Below are positions 57,751-64,000 of a stretch of DNA of 64,000 nt, piece after piece (within the stretch, counting starts at the first letter, position 1; every line of letters begins with the position of its first letter). The translations under genes were made by a program, and so were the position numbers. The notes beneath the pieces are model-generated. The model was not told the origin of the DNA. It did not search any database and was given only the letters and a program-made list of their open reading frames with translations. This stretch comes from Candidatus Thorarchaeota archaeon. GTDB taxonomy: Archaea; Asgardarchaeota; Thorarchaeia; Thorarchaeales; Thorarchaeaceae. Where the stretch lies: NCBI GenBank assembly GCA_048884965.1, contig JBHLQH010000005.1, positions 32,001-96,000 on the forward strand. Reading direction: 5' to 3'.

Positions 57751-58731
57751 GTGAGCCAATTGACAGAAGATAGTGTGATCTCATATAGCCGTCAGAAAAC
57801 AGTCAATCGCGTCTTCATAGTTTTTGTATTGGGTTTCATTGTCGTATCATTATGGTTGACAAATTCATTTGACGATGCATTCGAAATCGTAATCTTCTCA
57901 TACATAATCATCCCCATTATCCTGATTCTCATATCGGCTGTCTTTGGAGGTCTCTCAAAACGCGCAATCGATTATACGCCCGGAGAGTGGAAGAAAGAGA
58001 AGATTTGGGTCACTCCTGATGCCTATACAGAAATGGCTGAAAAGAATAAGGATGCATTTGGACATCTTTATGCAGATGAAGGCGGCGTGACCGGTTGCCT
58101 TTGTTCTTGTATCATCATCCCCATCTTTGGAATCTTACTAATTGTGTTTCAACTTCTTGCTCAACCTTTGTTCAACCAGCTAATCGATTCCCTCCTTTTC
58201 GTTGGACTTCTCGACATCCTGAGCGCAACCTTGGGCTTTCTTTGGGGTTTTAAGATTCCTAAGATAGATCCAGATGTTTTCTTCAAACCTCCAGCTGAAT
58301 CTGATGTCATAGAGTTCCTTGATGCTTTGAGAACTATCCCTGAGGTTCAGGCAGGTCTTAATCTCACAATTGGCAAAAGGGGGTCTATAAAGACAATTCT
58401 GGAAGTTAAACCTAAGATACAGATCCAAGGATTACCAGATACTGCATCATTAGAGGTCCAAGTATCTCACTCAGGATTCGCATACCCATATCTAGTGGGA
58501 ACAATCTACAAAGGTCCAGTCGTCAAAGACCATGAAGATACCTACTCGATAGGAACCAGATACCCCGCCATCATTGAGCAATCGATGGATGATAACGTAA
58601 CAGTCTATGTAGCTCGATTCAACATTCCTAAAAAAACGAGTAGTGTCCCAAGTATATCAAAGAGTGATTTCAGGAAGCTTGCAAGTCTCATAGCAACGAA
58701 AATGCAGGAAGATAGTAAATCGCTATCGTAA
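57751..58731 (+). CDS. Hypothetical 4-TM membrane protein (paralog C)
   Basis: Same layout; YTPGEW...Y.EMAEK; KPKIQIQGLPD. Confidence 0.78.
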   Translation: MSQLTEDSVISYSRQKTVNRVFIVFVLGFIVVSLWLTNSFDDAFEIVIFSYIIIPIILILISAVFGGLSKRAIDYTPGEWKKEKIWVTPDAYTEMAEKNKDAFGHLYADEGGVTGCLCSCIIIPIFGILLIVFQLLAQPLFNQLIDSLLFVGLLDILSATLGFLWGFKIPKIDPDVFFKPPAESDVIEFLDALRTIPEVQAGLNLTIGKRGSIKTILEVKPKIQIQGLPDTASLEVQVSHSGFAYPYLVGTIYKGPVVKDHEDTYSIGTRYPAIIEQSMDDNVTVYVARFNIPKKTSSVPSISKSDFRKLASLIATKMQEDSKSLS

Positions 58732-58796
58732 CAGGCATCTTTAATTGGGGTTGTGTTTGGGTCGTATCTATAATCACTGATTAGGATTGATTCTCG

Positions 58797-59102
58797 ATGG
58801 CCAATCAGAACTGGACGAACAAATGGATTCTCATGTACATGGCTGGTTTGATTATTCAAGCAATCATTTACACTGTTATTGCCTTTACTAAACCTGCTGA
58901 CTTTGCGAGCCATCTCTATTTCTTTGATGTAGCTATTATCGCCTTTGGTTCTATCATATTCCAAGCAATTGGCTTTGGGATAATCATGAAGAAGACAAAG
59001 GATGATGACCCCGCAATCTATGGACAGGGCCGTCCTTTCAAACACAAGCTACGTGAAGAGGACCAGGAAGAGGCAACAAGAAAACCAACCCATGCTAACT
59101 AA
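58797..59102 (+). CDS. Small 2-TM membrane protein
   Basis: Two hydrophobic helices and a charged tail. Confidence 0.65.
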   Translation: MANQNWTNKWILMYMAGLIIQAIIYTVIAFTKPADFASHLYFFDVAIIAFGSIIFQAIGFGIIMKKTKDDDPAIYGQGRPFKHKLREEDQEEATRKPTHAN

Positions 59103-59128
59103 TGCTAGCACAGGGTGGTTTCACATTT

Positions 59129-59983
59129 TTACCAAGTGATTCCCGGGAAGATTCGTGGTGGCATAATCGTAGGAATTGATCCTGGGAACCATAGATTCAG
59201 TAGTGGTAGATAGGGTGCTAGTAAAAGGGCAACTACTACCAAGATGGCAAAGGTCAGCGTGTGAACTGCATTCACATAGGTGTAGTATGGTCTTATGTAG
59301 CCATAGAATGCAAATGCTGGAATGGACAACGCAGCCATAGCAAGTATCTCTACTGGTGAGAAGAAGAATGGAATGGTAATTGGCCATAGGAAGTAGAATA
59401 TCCAAGTTATCTTCTCACTCGCGGTTTCGTGATGAGCTATCTTATGAATTCCATCTACTCCTTGGCTGAGGAAGAAGACGGGTATCAGCAACCACCACTG
59501 AAGGCCAACAAAGAACATTGCACCTGCGTAGAAGAGAAGATCCCCAACACTCTCGATTCTTTCCCAGAAGGGATTTCTGCTAATGTACTCGGTAGCTTCT
59601 GTCATGTAATATCCTATCATCTGCATCAATACTAGCCACGGGAGGAATATGAAGGAAATGACTATCATGATTACAGCAGCTTTGGGAAGATTGGGAATCT
59701 TACCCTCATGATAGTTGTCAAGGGGATAGATACCATGTAAGGTAAACGCTGTTAGAAACGCCAATATTCCACTTGGAATGAAGAAGAGTGGCTGAATTAT
59801 GTAAACTAGTGGTCCAAGAAAATCAAGATACATCATGTAGACGTTAGAAGACAAAGAATCTGGCAGCATATACCACACGCCAAATACAACAAGAAGTTCG
59901 GGAACTAACATCTTAAAACGATAATCTTGGATGAATTTCATGATTGGACCTGGTTCTTTACTTTCTTTCTCCACGATGTTCAC
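59129..59983 (-). CDS. Hypothetical polytopic membrane protein
   Basis: About 7 hydrophobic segments. Confidence 0.75.
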   Translation of the reverse strand: MNIVEKESKEPGPIMKFIQDYRFKMLVPELLVVFGVWYMLPDSLSSNVYMMYLDFLGPLVYIIQPLFFIPSGILAFLTAFTLHGIYPLDNYHEGKIPNLPKAAVIMIVISFIFLPWLVLMQMIGYYMTEATEYISRNPFWERIESVGDLLFYAGAMFFVGLQWWLLIPVFFLSQGVDGIHKIAHHETASEKITWIFYFLWPITIPFFFSPVEILAMAALSIPAFAFYGYIRPYYTYVNAVHTLTFAILVVVALLLAPYLPLLNLWFPGSIPTIMPPRIFPGITW

Positions 59984-60069
59984 CAGCCATTTCTAACACG
60001 CGCCGACTCTATACCTCCACTTAAGGATATCCGTATAATATCCAAAGGTGTCGAAAGAGAGAGTTGCTT

Positions 60070-61104
60070 TCAACGAAATCCCATGTAGATTTTATCTACA
60101 ATCTCGGGGTATTTCCGACTATTCTGGTGAATCTCGCGTGAGAGCGCGGGGCTCGCTCCTGACAGTCCGCACTGGGTAGAAACCATGGTATTGCTTTCAA
60201 GGAGATCAATGCTAATTCCGGACTTGATCATAAGCGAAATTGATCTTTGCAAAGCTTTCTCAAAATAGGATAGAACTGGCTCAGAATAGGCACTATCCAC
60301 ATTTGGTATGACTCCCAAAGCTATTGCTCCCCCTGATTGAAGAAACGAATTAACCAACTCTGCTTGGTTTGCTTCCAGCTCGGGAGGGTATGCTATCATA
60401 TCAAGGTGTGCAATCTTCGGTTTACTTTGCCATATCAAATGATACCCATTCTCAGCTAAAACTCTCCAATCATAGCAATAATGGTATGCTGGAATCACGT
60501 TCTTTGGATATATCTCATCGGTTGTCTTCATAATGAATCGTGCTGATAACCCAGAAACATTACCAACCTCAATGGCTTCTGTTATGAATCCGAATGAGGG
60601 ATCATCTTGACAGATAATCAGATTCTCAACCGTCCTCTCTAGGAATGAAACATAACCTGTAGCGACTCTTGCCATGAGGCGACTGAAGAACCTAAACATT
60701 TGGGGTGTGAGATGCTGTCGTCCATCCTCTCCCCTGATACTGAAGCACATTGTTGCAGGAGCTGTTAATTGGGTTTTTAGATATCGGAATGACCCTTTCT
60801 TCAGTAATTCATGGAGTGACGAGAAATACTTCTGATTTGGAATTATTCCAGCATCTTCATCTATTACACCTTGAAAATCATCATACCCGACATCATAGAT
60901 GAAAGTTCCTTTGTCCTCAAACCCCTCAAGGCTAGCACCAAATTGACGAATCATATCTTCCTCAGGCTTCATTGATTTCTGATATGCATAGGGTAACTTC
61001 AAATCGAGAACGTAGTCGAGTGCTTCATTCTCCTCATCCTCTTTGATACTACCTACGCCAAGGAATTGACCTTGCAGTTCGGGAGGTAGGATTGACTTTG
61101 TCAT
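60070..61104 (-). CDS. Core (cobalamin-independent-type) methionine synthase / MetE C-terminal-domain protein
   Basis: GVGS N-terminal motif, KTQLTAPAT, QDDP, Zn ligands HYC and TQCGL, LGVIP. ATG 61104 lies directly after the upstream stop. Confidence 0.72.
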   Translation of the reverse strand: MTKSILPPELQGQFLGVGSIKEDEENEALDYVLDLKLPYAYQKSMKPEEDMIRQFGASLEGFEDKGTFIYDVGYDDFQGVIDEDAGIIPNQKYFSSLHELLKKGSFRYLKTQLTAPATMCFSIRGEDGRQHLTPQMFRFFSRLMARVATGYVSFLERTVENLIICQDDPSFGFITEAIEVGNVSGLSARFIMKTTDEIYPKNVIPAYHYCYDWRVLAENGYHLIWQSKPKIAHLDMIAYPPELEANQAELVNSFLQSGGAIALGVIPNVDSAYSEPVLSYFEKALQRSISLMIKSGISIDLLESNTMVSTQCGLSGASPALSREIHQNSRKYPEIVDKIYMGFR

Positions 61105-61105
61105 A

Positions 61106-62824
61106 CTACTCGCCTCTAGTAGCTCCAGTCTTGCGCTTAATGACTCGATTACATGACTGGATTGCTGGACATCCAAGACAATCATCCGGGACATCTGCCG
61201 CTGGTTGATCCCCATACAAAAGGACCTGTTCGGATACGAGAGTACCCGCTGATGGCTCTTGTTCCTCCTCTTTGGCTCCCGTACGGGTCACATGACATTT
61301 ATGCTTGCTCATCTCTTCCATGAACTCGTCCATTTCGCCCCTTACTATCACTGCGGTAGGTCCAACTCGCCTGACAATGTACTTATTGAAGTCAGGTAGC
61401 AATAGCAGGTCCTCTAGATCTTTCTCGGAGTCTGTTTCGAAGAGCGTAACATCTGAAAGGGATGCGAATGTTGTCTGAGATGTCCAATCCTCTATTGACC
61501 TGATGACATTGGCTGGGATTGGCTTCGAGCTCTCTCTCTCTAAGAATCCCAAGATGTCATTCTCGCGGAATCCTAGCTCTATGGCATGAAAGATAGAACC
61601 CTCGGTTATCCTGAATGTACTTACTACATCTGTTCTTACAGGTTCAGTGAGAAGCATAAGTCGATATAGGAGATAGTAATCCATCTCGGTCGTGAAAACA
61701 GTTACTTCAAAATTTGGCTGGACTATGAAAGTTTCTTGTCCGGATATTTCCTCCCTAGGGAGACCTGCGATTACAGCTCCACCGATATCTGTGAGCCGTA
61801 CTGCCAGAAGAGTTTTCCCTTTGTAGGCTCCCTCAACTAGACCAAGGAGTATAGGTGTCTCCAATGCAATGCTAACACGTTCATCTGTAATCTGAATCCA
61901 CTTCAATGGTTGTCCATCAATGAAGAGCTCACTTCTGATCCAATCTCGCATCTCTGAAACGCTTATCCAATCCTCTGTGTTTGCTTCACGTAGTCTACAG
62001 ATGACCAAGTTTAGAGTATATTCAGTTGGCTGGTCTGGAGTAGCCCAGATTGCGCGGGTTCTGCCAACGGCAGAAAGAAGTATCTTTGTGGAAACCTTGT
62101 CCTGTTTTCCCTCGAATAGATGCTTGACCCTACCTGGAGTCACTCTATCCTTGTCCACGATGTCATATGCTCCAGCTTTTCTTGCCATTTTTTGAACAAG
62201 ATCGAATCTTTCGTCAGTACTCTGGGACATCCCTTCCTTAATGTGATCAATCTCTCTTTTTGGGAATTCCCATGAGCTCGTCATCTTCACTTCATGTTTT
62301 GCCAAATATGAGGTCAAAATCAAGGTGTCCATTAGTATAGTGTCTCGTTCATTTACAAGATTCCGTGCCTTCTTTGGCTTTTCTTTGGTCATTTCGGGCT
62401 TTACGGAGAAATGCGTCTTTAGGTGCGGAACAAAGAACTCTAATATCTTGAATTCCGCAACTTCCCTTCCGAATTCAGTAAGCCTTGACATCATTCGACG
62501 AATAATGATACCTTTCTTTCTGAGGTCCCTTTCTGTTTGATTCAATTGTCCGTAGCTATAGATTTTCCTAAATGGTTTTAGGCGATCGTAACTCATGGCT
62601 CCCCCGCTTAAAGCTAGTAGTCCGAGGAGGTCCTTCTCTTGATCTGTAAATGATGCAAACATCTGATCACGAGCCTCCTTCTGCTTCATCTTCTTAGCTA
62701 GTAATTCTGTGAGCTGAGTGCCTGAGGAACTACCGCTCACATCGATACCCCAATACTGGCATGCAACGACAAGGTCTTCTCTAAACATGTGTTCCAGTTC
62801 TTTTTCCAGGGTTTCTTTCGCCAT
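61106..62824 (-). CDS. Helicase-associated domain protein (XPB N-terminal / Tfb2-p52-like), without a helicase motor
   Basis: FIVQPNFEV...FRITEGSIFHAIELG....ILGFLE..S.KPIPANVIRSIEDW; N-terminal wHTH repeats; C-terminal CxxCx5C. Confidence 0.8.
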   Translation of the reverse strand: MAKETLEKELEHMFREDLVVACQYWGIDVSGSSSGTQLTELLAKKMKQKEARDQMFASFTDQEKDLLGLLALSGGAMSYDRLKPFRKIYSYGQLNQTERDLRKKGIIIRRMMSRLTEFGREVAEFKILEFFVPHLKTHFSVKPEMTKEKPKKARNLVNERDTILMDTLILTSYLAKHEVKMTSSWEFPKREIDHIKEGMSQSTDERFDLVQKMARKAGAYDIVDKDRVTPGRVKHLFEGKQDKVSTKILLSAVGRTRAIWATPDQPTEYTLNLVICRLREANTEDWISVSEMRDWIRSELFIDGQPLKWIQITDERVSIALETPILLGLVEGAYKGKTLLAVRLTDIGGAVIAGLPREEISGQETFIVQPNFEVTVFTTEMDYYLLYRLMLLTEPVRTDVVSTFRITEGSIFHAIELGFRENDILGFLERESSKPIPANVIRSIEDWTSQTTFASLSDVTLFETDSEKDLEDLLLLPDFNKYIVRRVGPTAVIVRGEMDEFMEEMSKHKCHVTRTGAKEEEQEPSAGTLVSEQVLLYGDQPAADVPDDCLGCPAIQSCNRVIKRKTGATRGE

Positions 62825-62975
62825 TATCAGACCTCAAATCGAAAATTTGCAAACAAGCGCCGAGCTTTATTGTATATTTTACCATTTTGGTTTAGGTCGT
62901 AGTAATTAGCTCTTCAGCCTGATAAAGGAAGAGTCAACCTTATTTTGTGATGATTTCTTGTCGATTCTGGTGCGT

Positions 62976-64000
62976 TTGTTGGAACCAGTTCTGTGGAGTA
63001 TAAAGTATAGACCCAAGTCTTGGGATGATTTCGTAGGTCAGAATGAACCAATAACCCAGCTTCGCAGTTACGTGAAATCCAAAACAGTTCCACACCTCAT
63101 TCTCTATGGTCCATCCGGAACAGGAAAAACAACAGCAGCGCAAATCTTTGGAAGAGAGATCTTGGGTGAAAGCTTCACATCCAACTTTAAAATGCTTAAC
63201 ATACGAGATCTCAGAGCCTATTCTTTAACAGATGCTAAGAGGAATATACAGGCTCTAGCAAAGATTGCTAGAGAGGATCGTACAGAGCTTGATGAATACA
63301 TGTCTGTCATCTACCGAGAAGCCAAAGCTGAGCTGAAGGTAAAGGGACAATCAAAGGATCCAAATCGAAGCCAATTATTGCATCAAGCTGTGAAGCTCTT
63401 TGCTTCTACATACACGGTGTCTGACGATATGGTGAAGATATTGGTCCTTGACGAGGCTGATGCCCTCGATTCAAACATGCTTCAAGCTCTTAGAAGAACG
63501 ATGGAAGTTTTCTCGGATGTCTGCCGTTTCATCCTTGTGACTCCTTCCCTTGCAGGTTGGAACCCTGCTATCGCCTCTCGATGTGTTATGGTTAGATTCA
63601 ATGCGATAAATGCATTCGATACTGAGAAACTTATTGCTGATATTTGTACAAGAGAATCTGTTAGGATAGATGAGTTTGGTATGAAAGCGTTGGTTCGAGT
63701 CACTAATGGTGACTTGCGACGAGCCTTGAATCTCCTTCAACTATGCGCTGCCGGAGGCAAGCATGTCACTGAGGACGTTGTGTTCAACTATTCTGATACG
63801 CCTTTAAGCGCGGGTGTACGGTCAATGATATCGTTGGCTCTTGATAACAAGTATCCCAAGGCCAGAGATGTCCTTCGTAGCCTATTGACCTCTGAGCAAT
63901 ACACTCCTAATGAAGTCATCCTCCAGATACAAAGAGAGATTGCAAGCCGTCCATTGAATGATATAAAGATGAAGCATATCATGGAACGAATATCAGAGAT
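62976..64000 (+). CDS. rfcS: Replication factor C small subunit (3'-truncated by the window edge; absent from the ORF track)
   Basis: Translated by hand: WSIKYRPKSWDDFVGQ, HLILYGPSGTGKTT, LDEADAL, QALRRTME, SRC and GDLRRALNLLQ. Confidence 0.9.
   Translation, partial: MLEPVLWSIKYRPKSWDDFVGQNEPITQLRSYVKSKTVPHLILYGPSGTGKTTAAQIFGREILGESFTSNFKMLNIRDLRAYSLTDAKRNIQALAKIAREDRTELDEYMSVIYREAKAELKVKGQSKDPNRSQLLHQAVKLFASTYTVSDDMVKILVLDEADALDSNMLQALRRTMEVFSDVCRFILVTPSLAGWNPAIASRCVMVRFNAINAFDTEKLIADICTRESVRIDEFGMKALVRVTNGDLRRALNLLQLCAAGGKHVTEDVVFNYSDTPLSAGVRSMISLALDNKYPKARDVLRSLLTSEQYTPNEVILQIQREIASRPLNDIKMKHIMERISE

Noticed and set aside
63195-63390. RFC insertion as an intein
   Set aside because: It is too short and lacks the N-terminal Cys/Ser and C-terminal His-Asn splice motifs.
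1-64000. Selenocysteine or pyrrolysine read-through, tRNA genes, transposases or integrases
   Set aside because: The redox proteins (BCP, CCG protein) have Cys at their catalytic sites, no recognised gene appeared split at an in-frame TGA or TAG, and I saw no cloverleaf or mobile-element motifs by eye. A tRNAscan or SECIS search was not possible.

Overview
This is a gene-dense archaeal chromosome segment with about 47 CDS. I found no rRNA, tRNA, CRISPR array or mobile element. It is most likely from an Asgard archaeon, probably Thorarchaeia-like. That call is an inference from an archaeal GluRS, histone, Cdc6 and RFC, plus eukaryotic-signature-like genes: a longin-fused Arf-like GTPase, a Vps22/EAP30 domain and an eS25 domain. 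Housekeeping genes include cutA, AlaX, a GlmU-like enzyme, gltX, thiI, oxoprolinase A/B, malic enzyme, GcvH, core MetE and RFC-S. Five things stand out. (1) Two tandem genes each fuse a DHDPS-family class I pyruvate aldolase to a formaldehyde-activating-enzyme (Fae) domain. The aldolases lack the DHDPS-specific Arg and the two Fae domains are degenerate in complementary ways, suggesting an undescribed aldolase/H4MPT C1-channelling complex. (2) A membrane-trafficking-like locus holds a uDENN/longin-wHTH protein, a longin-Arf-like GTPase, a coiled-coil protein with an ESCRT-I-like hairpin, a Zn finger and a divergently transcribed 778-aa Vps22 fusion. (3) A 5064-aa single-pass surface protein has nested repeats and a ~250-aa cytoplasmic tail. 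(4) There are several apparent pseudo-enzymes: a RadA paralog, a Cdc6/Orc paralog and two M28 pseudo-peptidases. (5) There is an eS25-repeat-HhH fusion, a variant histone and a p52/Tfb2-like protein. All family calls come from recognising motifs by eye; no database searches were run.
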